A DNA stretch of 51,299 nt from Candidatus Acidiferrales bacterium (GTDB lineage: Bacteria > Acidobacteriota > Terriglobia > Acidiferrales > UBA7541), in assembly GCA_049693595.1 (NCBI GenBank), contig JBAVQA010000034.1, positions 1-51,299 on the forward strand, read 5' to 3'. A program made the translations under genes and the position numbers. The notes under the pieces were generated by a model. That model searched no databases. It was given only the letters and a program-made list of their open reading frames with translations, and was not told the DNA's origin. This document shows positions 1 to 9,053 of this stretch, one piece after another. The first letter of the stretch is position 1; the number at the start of each line of letters is the position of its first letter.

Positions 1-281
1 ACGCACGCATTGGCCTTGCGGCTGACGAGGATGGCAACGGGCGTGACAGGTCGTCACTTACCTGACGCGACTGTGTGCTGGCGGAGGCCTAGCGGTAAAA
101 TCGGTCATAAATTCGAGAGTCCGAAAGTGCCAGCCAGTCGCCAGCGCGCGCTCTTCGAAGGCACGCCGTCTGGCTTTGAATCTGTAAAAGCGCGAAAACA
201 AGTTGGCTCAGGTCAGTGAGATTGACCAGAGTCTCCTATAAGATGGAGAAGAATCGAGAATCTAAACCGCTCGCCAGAAAC

Positions 282-809
282 TTACTCTTGAATGTAGCCC
301 AGATTCTTAAGCCGATTGACGAGAGCTTGCGTGCTAACGCCGTACTTGCGGCTCAAATCGGACAGGAAGTCATCACCCAGAAGATCGAAATATTCTTCAG
401 TCTCCAGATCCTCTTCCAAAAAGCGCTTCGGCATCAGCAGGGAAGCCGCAAAAAAATTTGCCTCCCTTTCATCGTCATCCGTGCCCAGGCTAGACACATC
501 GTCTCTAAGACGAACGCGGAACTCGTGATCAATATGGAGCTGCTCTTGCTCGTGAAGTAGGAAGTGGCCAAGTTCGTGCGCCGTGGTGAAATTCTGACGC
601 GCGGGAGCGTGATGTGTATTGACGCCAATAACCGCCTGCGTTTTATCTCGATACAGAAAGCCAGACACATTGTCTTCCAATGACTGGTAGAAGATTCTAG
701 CTCCCTTTGCTTTGGCGATTCTTTCGACCGGCACGGGGGCTTCGGTGATTTCGTAGCCCGCCAGCAATTCTTCAATCATAGATTCAATTCTTCGTCTTCG
801 AATGGCCAT
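282..809 (-). CDS. capP: ImmA/IrrE-family zinc metallopeptidase (CapP-like CBASS regulator)
   Basis: The 175-aa ORF has a HEXXH motif (AHELGHFLLHE). Its 5' end overlaps the upstream XRE gene. The pair sits divergently upstream of a CBASS operon, as in the CapH/CapP arrangement. Confidence 0.75.
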   Translation of the reverse strand: MAIRRRRIESMIEELLAGYEITEAPVPVERIAKAKGARIFYQSLEDNVSGFLYRDKTQAVIGVNTHHAPARQNFTTAHELGHFLLHEQEQLHIDHEFRVRLRDDVSSLGTDDDEREANFFAASLLMPKRFLEEDLETEEYFDLLGDDFLSDLSRKYGVSTQALVNRLKNLGYIQE

Positions 810-1158
810 CGCTATCCTCCTTTTTCGCAGGTTTTATTGCGGCTTCGACGAACTCTCTCACCTCCTTCGAGAACGATGTCAGATCGGGCATCTGCCCAGG
901 CTCCGGCCTCAATCGTTCAGGTAGCAATGCGCTGGGATTTGAATCCAGCGTCTCGGCGATATCGCAAAATGTGTGCAACAAAATGTTTTGTCTCCCTTTC
1001 TCTATGTTGCTCATCGACGGTCTCTTGAGCCCGACAGCCTTCGCGAGGCCCTCCTGCGAAAGCCCGCGATCCTTTCGCTTTGCACGGATATTCTCGCCAA
1101 CCTTCCTGTAAAAGACATCGGGTTTATTCATATTTTCATGACCGCCGTGACTGTACAT
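784..1158 (-). CDS. capH: XRE-family helix-turn-helix repressor (CapH-like)
   Basis: It carries an HTH_3-type motif (LSQEGLAKAVGLKRPSMSNIEKGRQN). It lies directly upstream of, and overlaps, the ImmA/IrrE gene. The real start may be the internal ATG at 1131 (MNKPDVFYRK). Confidence 0.75.
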   Translation of the reverse strand: MYSHGGHENMNKPDVFYRKVGENIRAKRKDRGLSQEGLAKAVGLKRPSMSNIEKGRQNILLHTFCDIAETLDSNPSALLPERLRPEPGQMPDLTSFSKEVREFVEAAIKPAKKEDSDGHSKTKN

Positions 1159-1290
1159 CCACTATGCCCCTACGTCAATAATAATAACACGTCAACATTA
1201 CCGACATCCAAAAATAGATTCCATATCGAACTTTTTGTGGTACCCTGTTTTTGTTTTCATTCTACTTGAACAAAATTGCGAGGACCAACT
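1159..1290. promoter_or_regulatory. Divergent AT-rich control region between capH and the CBASS operon
   Basis: This is a 132-bp AT-rich spacer between divergent genes. ACGTCAA occurs twice, at 1172-1178 and 1189-1195, and reads TTGACGT on the minus strand (a -35-like hexamer). An AGGA lies 7 nt before the ATG at 1291. The exact promoters and operators were not resolved. Confidence 0.4.
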
Positions 1291-1530
1291 ATGGCGAAAG
1301 ACTCAAACCACTGCGATGTCGGACTCGATCAGCGGTGCCGCGATGATGATGGCGAAATCCGCCAGAAACGCGGCGACACACTCATTAAGACCTTGCGCAA
1401 AACGTATGGGCCAGATTTTGCGCCCGGTGTTCGCGGTGATACAAGACTGGATACCTTGCGCGAACGCGAGGAGGGACAATCCCTTTCGAAACTTGTGAAA
1501 GATGCACACCGCCGTGGAGGGAGTCGATGA
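1291..1530 (+). CDS. Small hypothetical protein (79 aa) translationally coupled to the CD-NTase
   Basis: The ATG at 1291 is preceded by GAGGA. The stop overlaps the CD-NTase start (ATGA at 1527-1530). The protein is charged (MAKDSNHCDVGLDQRCRDDDGEIRQKRGDTL...) and belongs to no family I recognise. Confidence 0.55.
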   Translation: MAKDSNHCDVGLDQRCRDDDGEIRQKRGDTLIKTLRKTYGPDFAPGVRGDTRLDTLREREEGQSLSKLVKDAHRRGGSR

Positions 1531-2531
1531 ATACGCTCGAAGCGCGCGCGCTAGAAGGCCCTCTTTCAGCGCCCGCAATTACACACGCCGACATCGCAAA
1601 CTTCGCGTCCGAATCGGTCAACCTGAATCGCGAAGACGCAGAGGAATACCGTGAACAGGTTCGACGACTGCGCGACATACTTGACAAGTATGCCGCCGAC
1701 CATCCCGACTATGGCCTTATCAAAACGCTGCTCTCGGGGAGCCTCGCAAAAGGTACGGCGCTGAAAACGCTTAACGATATCGATGTCGCGTTCTACGTCA
1801 AGGCGGAGAAAACTCCTAGCGCAGAGCCGGAGCTACTCAATTGGTTGGCGCAACGCCTGCGCGACGCCTATCACCAGATGAAGCCCGACCAGATTAAGCC
1901 TAATAACCACTCTGTCTGCATCAAGTATGCCGTCAGCGGATTGAGTGTCGATGTAGTTCCTGTCCAATACAAAGGCGACCAGGATGATCGCGGGTACCTG
2001 TTCGCGGTTGATGGCGGCAAGCCGGTTCTCACCAGTATCCCTCTTCACTTGGCCTTCATTCGAAGGCGCAAAGCACAACAGAAGGATCACTTCGCGCAAG
2101 TGGTTCGGTTGGTGAAGTGGTGGGTCCGATTGCAAAAAATTAGCGACAAAGAGTTCAAACTGAAATCCTTCATGGTCGAGATGATCATTGCGCATTTGGC
2201 GGACAGCGGCGTGAGTCTGGCCGACTATACCGTCGCGTTGGAAAAGGTCTTTAGTTACATCGTGAAGTCCCGGCTCAAGACGCGGATCTCCTTCACGGAC
2301 TACTATCCGGCATCGAAACTGCCGGGACCGACCGGAAAGCCGATGGAAATATTCGATCCCGTCAACCCAACTAACAATGTTGCGGGGATTTATGACGATA
2401 ACCACCGCCAGAAAATTGTGATCGCCGCTCAAGACGCGCTGGAAGCGATTTCAGAAGCACGCTATGCGACAACACGCGGAAGATCAATAGAGTGCTGGCA
2501 AGACGTTCTGGGGCGATCTTTCCAAGGATAA
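1527..2531 (+). CDS. cdnC: CBASS cGAS/DncV-like nucleotidyltransferase (CD-NTase, SMODS family)
   Basis: It has the pol-beta NTase active-site pattern GSLAKGTALKTLNDIDVAFYV (GS...DxD) and a downstream acidic strand (LSVDVVPV). It is the first enzyme of a CD-NTase/HORMA/Trip13/NucC operon. Clade C is inferred only from the operon type. Confidence 0.85.
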   Translation: MNTLEARALEGPLSAPAITHADIANFASESVNLNREDAEEYREQVRRLRDILDKYAADHPDYGLIKTLLSGSLAKGTALKTLNDIDVAFYVKAEKTPSAEPELLNWLAQRLRDAYHQMKPDQIKPNNHSVCIKYAVSGLSVDVVPVQYKGDQDDRGYLFAVDGGKPVLTSIPLHLAFIRRRKAQQKDHFAQVVRLVKWWVRLQKISDKEFKLKSFMVEMIIAHLADSGVSLADYTVALEKVFSYIVKSRLKTRISFTDYYPASKLPGPTGKPMEIFDPVNPTNNVAGIYDDNHRQKIVIAAQDALEAISEARYATTRGRSIECWQDVLGRSFQG

Positions 2532-2535
2532 AGGC

Positions 2536-3051
2536 ATGACGACCAGTTATACAAAAACGGGAACGGCTACATTCACCATTATTCATGCTCGCTACCTGGC
2601 ATCGAAGGTTGCAGCCGACATGCATCTCTGTGCGCAATACTACGGCAGGCCCTCGGAACAGGAAATCCGTGAATACGCGGAAGAGTTGGCGCAGTACCTG
2701 AACGCGGGCTATCTCAAAGAATACGAATTCGGTTTTAAGAAGGATGAAAAGCGCATCGTGAGCTGGCGCTACAAGGTTGATGCGAACGGCAATCTCACGA
2801 CGGATGACCGGCCCGGAAAAGTCGTGGCTTATGTCGAAATAGGTAGCGCAAGGTTCTTTAACTTCTTAACGCAGAATTCCGACTTCTTCGACCTTTCTTC
2901 GGACGAGCGGGCGCGATTTAAGGCCGAGCTTCCGGTGCAAAGGACCAATGGCGAACCGCCAGCCGACGGAGCTGGATACTGGACCTCGGATCGCAACTAC
3001 TACTCGACTGGATGCGCGTTGAACCGCCAGACCTTTCAACCGCTCACATGA
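2536..3051 (+). CDS. cap7: Bacterial HORMA-domain protein (CBASS type III)
   Basis: At 171 aa it is the typical size. It sits between the CD-NTase and the Trip13-like ATPase. The N-terminal region (TFTIIHARYLASKVAADM...YGRPSEQEIREYAEELAQYLNAGYL) resembles the E. coli MS115-1 HORMA as I remember it. Confidence 0.8.
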   Translation: MTTSYTKTGTATFTIIHARYLASKVAADMHLCAQYYGRPSEQEIREYAEELAQYLNAGYLKEYEFGFKKDEKRIVSWRYKVDANGNLTTDDRPGKVVAYVEIGSARFFNFLTQNSDFFDLSSDERARFKAELPVQRTNGEPPADGAGYWTSDRNYYSTGCALNRQTFQPLT

Positions 3052-3992
3052 TGGACAGCAAGGTAGGCATCTTCGAAGAAGTGCGAGAATTCCCGGACCC
3101 GGCTGCGGCGAGGCGATTTGCTGCGCTCGTGGGCCTGGACGAAATGAAGGATCGCCTCCTGAAAGAGGCCCGCCTGTTGCTGGACCCCGAAAGTCTTACT
3201 GCGTGGAGCACGAAGCACCATCACAAGAAGGTCAAGATTATCGAATTGTTTCGCGACCGCCCTCCCCTTTTCATTTTTGCGGGCGATGTCGGAACGGGAA
3301 AGACGATACTGGCCGAAACATTTGGCGACGCCGTCGCGCGGAAAGCGGAAATTGGGGTGATGCTTTATGCGCTGAGCCTCAACGCGCGCGGAACCGGCGC
3401 CGTTGGTGAAATGACCGGTCTTCTCTCCGCCGCATTCGCTGAAGTCAAGCAAGCGGCCAAGAAAGGCGGCGGCCCCGGAGGCAAGCGTCATTCCGGGATT
3501 ATCCTGTTGATTGACGAGGCCGACGCGCTGGCTCAGTCTCGTGAACTTGGGCAGATGCATCACGAAGACCGCGCCGGCGTGAACGCCTTAATTCGCGGTG
3601 TGGACGATCTCGCAACCGGCAACCTCCCTGCTATCGTCGTTATGTGTACCAATAGACTTGATGCCCTTGACCCCGCTGTTCGACGCCGCGCTGCTGTAAC
3701 GTTCACTTTCAATCGCCCAAACGAAGCACAACGAATGGCCTTTCTCAAACCGGTACTGGAAGAATTGGGCTTCAGTTCACAGCAGATTCACTCCCTCGTC
3801 GCCTCGACGGGAGCCACGCATGGACGGTCATACGGGTACACCTATTCGGATCTCGCGCAACGGCTCCTTCCGGGTCTCTTACTCGCGGCCTATCCGTCGA
3901 ATCCAATCACGTTTGATTTAGCTAAAGAGGTCATTGAGCGTCATCCTCCAACTCCGCCTTTCAAGGAATCCGCAAAAGGGACGGCGCGATGA
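3048..3992 (+). CDS. cap6: Trip13/Pch2-like AAA+ ATPase (CBASS type III)
   Basis: It has Walker A (GDVGTGKT) and Walker B (ILLIDEADAL) motifs. The ATG at 3048 overlaps the HORMA stop (ATGA). The ORF track extends to 3012, but that upstream part overlaps the HORMA gene. Confidence 0.85.
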   Translation: MMDSKVGIFEEVREFPDPAAARRFAALVGLDEMKDRLLKEARLLLDPESLTAWSTKHHHKKVKIIELFRDRPPLFIFAGDVGTGKTILAETFGDAVARKAEIGVMLYALSLNARGTGAVGEMTGLLSAAFAEVKQAAKKGGGPGGKRHSGIILLIDEADALAQSRELGQMHHEDRAGVNALIRGVDDLATGNLPAIVVMCTNRLDALDPAVRRRAAVTFTFNRPNEAQRMAFLKPVLEELGFSSQQIHSLVASTGATHGRSYGYTYSDLAQRLLPGLLLAAYPSNPITFDLAKEVIERHPPTPPFKESAKGTAR

Positions 3993-4708
3993 GGGAATGG
4001 TCTCTTTCTCAATTGCTGGCCGGACTTCATGACGACATTGAACAACGTCTGTCCATCGCCCGCAAATCATTCAGCCATCCCGGAACGAAGGGAAATGCCA
4101 GCGAGCATGTCTGGCTTGAACTTCTCCAAAATTACCTGCCCCAACGCTACCAGGCAGCAACCGCTCACGTCGTGGACAGCCTAGGACAATTTAGCGATCA
4201 GATTGACGTGGTTATTTTTGACCGGCAGTATTCGCCATTTATTTTCAAGTTCGAAGGCCAGGTGATCGTACCTGCTGAAAGTGTATATGGAGTCTTCGAA
4301 GCCAAACAGGTTATTGATGCCGAGCAAGTCAAATACGCGCAGGACAAGGCCGAAAGCGTCAGGAAACTGACGAGAACAAGTCTACCGATCCCACATGCGG
4401 GCGGGATATTTCCGCCAAAGCCTCTACCGTATATCCTCGCAGGACTGATGACATTCGAAAGCGGCTGGAATCCGCCGATGGGCCAGCCGTTGTTAAACTC
4501 GCTTATTTCGGAACCCGAATCGCGGCTCGATCTGGGCTGCGTTGCTGCGCATGGAGTTTTCGGATTCGACGAGGTCGGGAGCTACAGTCTGCGGCCAAAG
4601 GGAAAACCCGCTACGGCATTTCTATTGGAGCTGATCGCTCTGCTGCAAAACAGCGGGACCGTGCCGATGATTGATGTCCGAGCCTACGCTCGTTGGTTGG
4701 CGAGTTAA
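3989..4708 (+). CDS. nucC: NucC-type CBASS effector endonuclease
   Basis: The 239-aa ORF has an ATGA overlap with the preceding gene. It contains an exact IDx30EAK spacing (QID-30 residues-EAKQ), the restriction-endonuclease-fold signature described for NucC. Confidence 0.85.
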   Translation: MREWSLSQLLAGLHDDIEQRLSIARKSFSHPGTKGNASEHVWLELLQNYLPQRYQAATAHVVDSLGQFSDQIDVVIFDRQYSPFIFKFEGQVIVPAESVYGVFEAKQVIDAEQVKYAQDKAESVRKLTRTSLPIPHAGGIFPPKPLPYILAGLMTFESGWNPPMGQPLLNSLISEPESRLDLGCVAAHGVFGFDEVGSYSLRPKGKPATAFLLELIALLQNSGTVPMIDVRAYARWLAS

Positions 4709-4802
4709 CTAGGCAATAGTATTCCCTTACCATCTTTCCGCGTAGTTGCCTCCATGTCGCTTGCGTTGGCCTCGGCGGTAGAACGGAAATGACTAGCTTG
4801 AT

Positions 4803-4873
4803 GGCGAGATTGTGGCGAGAATATGATAGAATTGTGGCGAGATTGACGGCGAGACTATGGCGAGAATATATAT
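4803..4873 (+). repeat. Five phased GGCGAGA heptamers forming an imperfect ~22-bp direct repeat across the Fic start codon
   Basis: GGCGAGA occurs at 4803, 4814, 4836, 4848 and 4859, with spacings of 11, 22, 12 and 11 bp. The unit GGCGAGAyTrTGGCGAGAATAT occurs twice, and the second copy contains the Fic ATG. Confidence 0.8.
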
Positions 4874-5981
4874 ACACGAACTTCTTGATTGGCCAAGATT
4901 TACGTGGGATTCGAAGGCGCTTGCCCCTTTGCTCTCCGAAGTCCGACTACATCAGGGATTGTTGGTCGGGAAGATGCGTGGCTACGGGCTGGCTTCTCGA
5001 TGGACCGCGACACTAAAAGTTCTTACGGAAGAAACAATCAAATCGAGCGCAATTGAAGGCGTGGTGCTTGACCCAGAAAACGTCCGGTCGTCCCTCGCTC
5101 GGCGGCTTGGGCTGGAGGTCGGTGGACTCACAACGCACAAGGATCGAAACGTCGATGGCGTTGTTGAAATGATGCTGGACGCGACGCAGAAATTTAGCAA
5201 GCCGCTGACAAGGGAACGGTTGTTCGACTGGCACGCCCATCTTTTTCCGGGCGTCCGCACGACACTCGATAAATTTCGAGTTGGCACGTGGCGTGATGAC
5301 AGCCAGGGGCCGATGCAAGTCGTGTCTGGGCCGGTCGGTCACCACAAGATTCATTACGAAGCACCTGCGGCTGATCGCGTCGAGGGCGAGATGGGAAAGT
5401 TTCTCGCGTGGTTCGACGGCAACGACCAAGAAGATCCGCTCCTAAAGGCGGGAATTGCGCATTTGTGGTTCGTTACGATCCATCCCTTTCAGGATGGCAA
5501 CGGCAGAATCGGAAGAGCAATCGCTGAAATGTGTTTGGCCAGATCGGATGGAAGCGCTCAGCGTTTCTACAGCATGTCGTCGCAAATCCTTGAAGAACGA
5601 AAAGAATATTACGACGTTCTTGAGAAGACGCAGGCCGGATCGCAGGACATCACAAAATGGCTAACGTGGTTTCTCGAATGCCTGGGTAGAGCCATTGAAC
5701 AAGCGAATCAAATCACAAGCAGCGCTCTGGAAAAGGAATTGTTCTGGAAAAGATTGAAGCAACGGAAGGTCTCGCTGAATGATCGGCAAACAAAAGTCCT
5801 GAACAAACTATTCACAGGATTCGAAGGGAAACTGACGAGAGACAAATGGATGAAAATGACGAAAGCTTCCTCCCGCACTGCCCTTCGAGACATCGAAGAG
5901 CTGATCGCCTTGGGGGTCATTGAACAAGAAGAGGCTGGAGGAAGAAGCACCTCCTACAGATTAAAGGAGATTACCGAATAG
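4857..5981 (+). CDS. Fic-family protein (AMPylase-type) with N-terminal DUF4172-like region and C-terminal wHTH
   Basis: It has the canonical Fic motif HPFQDGNGRIGRAIAE. The N-terminus (MARIYIHELLDWPRFTWD) is typical of long Fic proteins. Confidence 0.9.
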   Translation: MARIYIHELLDWPRFTWDSKALAPLLSEVRLHQGLLVGKMRGYGLASRWTATLKVLTEETIKSSAIEGVVLDPENVRSSLARRLGLEVGGLTTHKDRNVDGVVEMMLDATQKFSKPLTRERLFDWHAHLFPGVRTTLDKFRVGTWRDDSQGPMQVVSGPVGHHKIHYEAPAADRVEGEMGKFLAWFDGNDQEDPLLKAGIAHLWFVTIHPFQDGNGRIGRAIAEMCLARSDGSAQRFYSMSSQILEERKEYYDVLEKTQAGSQDITKWLTWFLECLGRAIEQANQITSSALEKELFWKRLKQRKVSLNDRQTKVLNKLFTGFEGKLTRDKWMKMTKASSRTALRDIEELIALGVIEQEEAGGRSTSYRLKEITE

Positions 5982-6475
5982 AAGTCTGGGAAACTTGACT
6001 AAAGCTGTAGCCGATTCTCTTCGCCTTCGCAGCACTCTCGAAAAATACGAGACTTTCCGTTAACGCCACGATAATAAGCCCCTCCGGTTAGACCTGCGAT
6101 ACGGACGAGCCCAAGGAGAGCGAGGAAACACACGAGACGCGCAAACAGGGAGACGGATTCAAGGAATACACCTCCATGAATCGCCAAGAAACAGCGAGTT
6201 TTGAGTGATGCCTGACCGAGGTCTCGCGATTTGTCGCAGTGCCAGTTAGGGCCAATGCGCTTAGTGGCAGTTCCGGCGTATAATTGGGCGGTAGAAGGCT
6301 GCTCCCCCCTTCATCCCAGAAGAATTAGAGACGTTGATGCCGAAAGCGATTGAGAGAAGAATTCTCTAATCGCACCGATATGCCCTTTGTACCGGCAGCC
6401 AGCTTGCGAAGGTGAGATCGGCGAATCGCGATTTGCCGGTCTCACCGAACTGAATTCAGTTCGGATGGAGAGAGA

Positions 6476-7051
6476 ATGATGAATACAAAAAACCGCGCGC
6501 AGGAACATCGAGACAAAATCCGCAAGAAGTTTTTCCATGGTGAGGATGCTTGGACCGGAGAGAACGAAAAGGGTTGGTTCAAAGCGCCTCGGACATTGCC
6601 ATTGGTTCTGGCGCTTATTTCGTCAAAAGGGGTTACTGGAAGATTAGATCCAACCAGAGTTTACTTGGAACTTTGGTCGAGACACATGGGCGAAGGTGTG
6701 ATCGAAATGCGGCACGAAGGTGAGCACGCGTATGCAGCTGGCTATGTCGGCACACGCGGAATTCGAACATGGCAGGAGCGTATGAGGTTGCTTGAAAGTC
6801 TCGGAATTATTAAGACGAAACAGATTGGCGGATTGCGCTATAAGTATGTCTTGCTGGTGCACCCCACAACCGTTGTGGAAAAGCTCAAACAGGCCAATAA
6901 GGTTCCCGGCGATTGGCTGGACACATATCGTGACCGTCAGCTTGAAACGAAGGAACCCACGTTCAACGCAAGGAAGAAGGCCAAGGCAGGTCTGAAAGTA
7001 GTAACCATGAAACCGTCAAAGGTTCCGATCCCCAAATCTAGCGCGTCATAA
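6476..7051 (+). CDS. Hypothetical protein, possible winged-helix DNA binder
   Basis: The 191-aa ORF has a GGAGAG RBS. It has a basic tail and a wHTH-like stretch (IRTWQERMRLLESLGIIKTK). It is the first gene of a tightly packed three-gene cassette. Confidence 0.6.
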   Translation: MMNTKNRAQEHRDKIRKKFFHGEDAWTGENEKGWFKAPRTLPLVLALISSKGVTGRLDPTRVYLELWSRHMGEGVIEMRHEGEHAYAAGYVGTRGIRTWQERMRLLESLGIIKTKQIGGLRYKYVLLVHPTTVVEKLKQANKVPGDWLDTYRDRQLETKEPTFNARKKAKAGLKVVTMKPSKVPIPKSSAS

Positions 7052-7053
7052 CG

Positions 7054-7875
7054 ATGATGCCTATGAAAGCGCTATTGCTAACGCAAGATGAAAAGAAACG
7101 ATTCAGACAATCTCCTGTGAAGTGCAGGCGGTTACCGCAAAAGATCGTGAGCCTCGCCGATTTCCTGGCCGTTATCAGCGACGCTATTCGCACAAATGAT
7201 AGGTTTTGGTTCAGAGGACATGACGACGTTACTTACGACTTAACACCGTCAGCGTTACGTTATTCAGATTTAGCCAACCGCGCTAAGGCATTGGGGCTGA
7301 TGGCGGATTTCAAGCGGATTGCCGAATTGAAACTTCGACGTGTCCCCGAGTCAGGCGAGGAACTCAAGTGGGCACTCATTGCGCAACACTATGGCCTACC
7401 AACCCGTCTGCTTGATTGGACAGAAAGCGCAACTACCGCACTCTATTTTGCGTGCTTGCAAGAAGAACGTGACGGTCTTGTCTTTATTCTCAATCCCGTG
7501 GACTTGAACAGGTTAAGTTATCCGCTCAAACCTCGCGTGTTAGACCCTCAGGAAGACTCTGCCATTATCCTTTCTTATTTGAGGGCGAGTCCGACGCGGT
7601 CGCGTGGAGGTCGGAACCCGGTCGCAATTTATCCGATATGGAATTCAGAGCGACTGATTATACAAAGAGGCGTGTTCACGCTGCATGGAAAAGTGTTTGA
7701 TCTCGATGGCACGAAAATAGCATCCCTGATCGCCATACCGATTTTGAAAGAGTCCAAACCACGCCTGAGGAATGAGCTCCAGCGAATTGGAGTGGATGAG
7801 ATGACCCTTTTCCCGGAACTGGAACATTCTTGTTCGCACTTGAAGCGCCGTGAGGGATTGGAGAATTGTAAATGA
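7054..7875 (+). CDS. FRG-domain protein
   Basis: It carries the motifs WFRGHDDVTYDLTPSALR and AQHYGLPTRLLDWTES, which are characteristic of the FRG domain. It starts 2 nt after the previous stop. Confidence 0.8.
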   Translation: MMPMKALLLTQDEKKRFRQSPVKCRRLPQKIVSLADFLAVISDAIRTNDRFWFRGHDDVTYDLTPSALRYSDLANRAKALGLMADFKRIAELKLRRVPESGEELKWALIAQHYGLPTRLLDWTESATTALYFACLQEERDGLVFILNPVDLNRLSYPLKPRVLDPQEDSAIILSYLRASPTRSRGGRNPVAIYPIWNSERLIIQRGVFTLHGKVFDLDGTKIASLIAIPILKESKPRLRNELQRIGVDEMTLFPELEHSCSHLKRREGLENCK

Positions 7876-9053
7876 CGCAGGCCGATTATATCCCGTTCAT
7901 CAACTCGGAAACCGACTGCATCATTGCGACGCAGTTGTACTCCGACGCCGGTGTGATGCGAGTTTCCTTAGAATCGATCGACAAGATCGGCTCTAACCTT
8001 CCAAGCGGGCCGAAACGGTGGGTAGATGCGGCCATTGATGGCCTTCATCACAAAGATCTACTCAAACTGTCTGGCGGCTATCAAGACCATCTGAAGAAAT
8101 TTACGGGATATGCGAGCATCAACGATCCACAGTTTCAGAAGAGCCCTAGCAAAAACGTCACGGACCAATTTGCGGCCTCGGTGCTTGAACATTGCAAAGC
8201 TCAGGCCGCTGACTGGATCAGCATTCCTCAATTGCCTATGGTCAACGATACGGCGCGAAATAAGATCAACAAATTTCTCGCCGAAGGCGCGCAGAACTGG
8301 AAGAGAAGTACTGGATACCCGGGGAAGCTGATCCTCCCTGTTATTTTTACAGACCAAAGGCAGCTCAACAAAAAGACGGAACGCAACAAGAAGATCATAT
8401 CTATTGCAGCATGCTATGCGGCTGGGGCTGCGGATGGTGTCTGGGCTGCCGACTCAACGCTGAACGACCAGAAGGGCTCCGGCAAATTCGATGAACGGTT
8501 TCCCGCTCTGAGGAAGTTCCATGAAGAATTGAATGAACAGCTCCCGGAGAACGCGATAACGGTCTGTGGGCCCTACTGGGGAATGAACCTGATATGTTGG
8601 GTTCAGAATTGTGTCCGTTTTCCTGCAATCGGACTCGGCGGTTCTTACAAATACAATATACCGGGGCCAATACTCAACAGGAGCAACAAACGTCTGCCGT
8701 TGCGACCGTTGCGTCGGTGGGCCAATGCGAGTCCTCAACTGAAAGTTTGGTTGGCAAGTACCGTCGCTGCTCTTTCGGCGAGCGACCCCGCAAAAGCTGA
8801 TTTCGCTGCTCTTGAGAAAGAGTTCTCAAAATTCCAAGTAGTAAGATATGGGAAGATGCAAATAGCCTCTTTCTACAAGGATTGGTTTGACAGGATCGCG
8901 ACCTTACCGCCTGCGGGCCGTGCTCTCGCTCTTTATCAGGACCTCTCCTCTGCTTATGTCTTGGGCAAGACCCTCGAAGCTCTACCAGCCGAGGAAGAAA
9001 CCGCTAGGAGACCTGAACGCGTCGCTCAGCAACTGATGATGAATTGTCTCTAG
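7872..9053 (+). CDS. Hypothetical protein (393 aa), partner of the FRG gene
   Basis: It has an ATGA start/stop overlap with the FRG gene. I recognise no motif in it. Alternating hydrophobic strand-like segments suggest a globular alpha/beta enzyme fold. Confidence 0.6.
   Translation: MTQADYIPFINSETDCIIATQLYSDAGVMRVSLESIDKIGSNLPSGPKRWVDAAIDGLHHKDLLKLSGGYQDHLKKFTGYASINDPQFQKSPSKNVTDQFAASVLEHCKAQAADWISIPQLPMVNDTARNKINKFLAEGAQNWKRSTGYPGKLILPVIFTDQRQLNKKTERNKKIISIAACYAAGAADGVWAADSTLNDQKGSGKFDERFPALRKFHEELNEQLPENAITVCGPYWGMNLICWVQNCVRFPAIGLGGSYKYNIPGPILNRSNKRLPLRPLRRWANASPQLKVWLASTVAALSASDPAKADFAALEKEFSKFQVVRYGKMQIASFYKDWFDRIATLPPAGRALALYQDLSSAYVLGKTLEALPAEEETARRPERVAQQLMMNCL

Noticed and set aside
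10-219. 69-aa ORF at the left window edge
   Set aside because: It has no motif and sits at the window edge, so it cannot be distinguished from non-coding sequence or a fragment of a gene on either strand.
5999-6538. Short ORFs (5999-6187 and 6311-6538, both minus strand) between Fic and the FRG cassette
   Set aside because: They have weak hydrophobic composition only and no RBS. The second overlaps the start of the 6476 gene.
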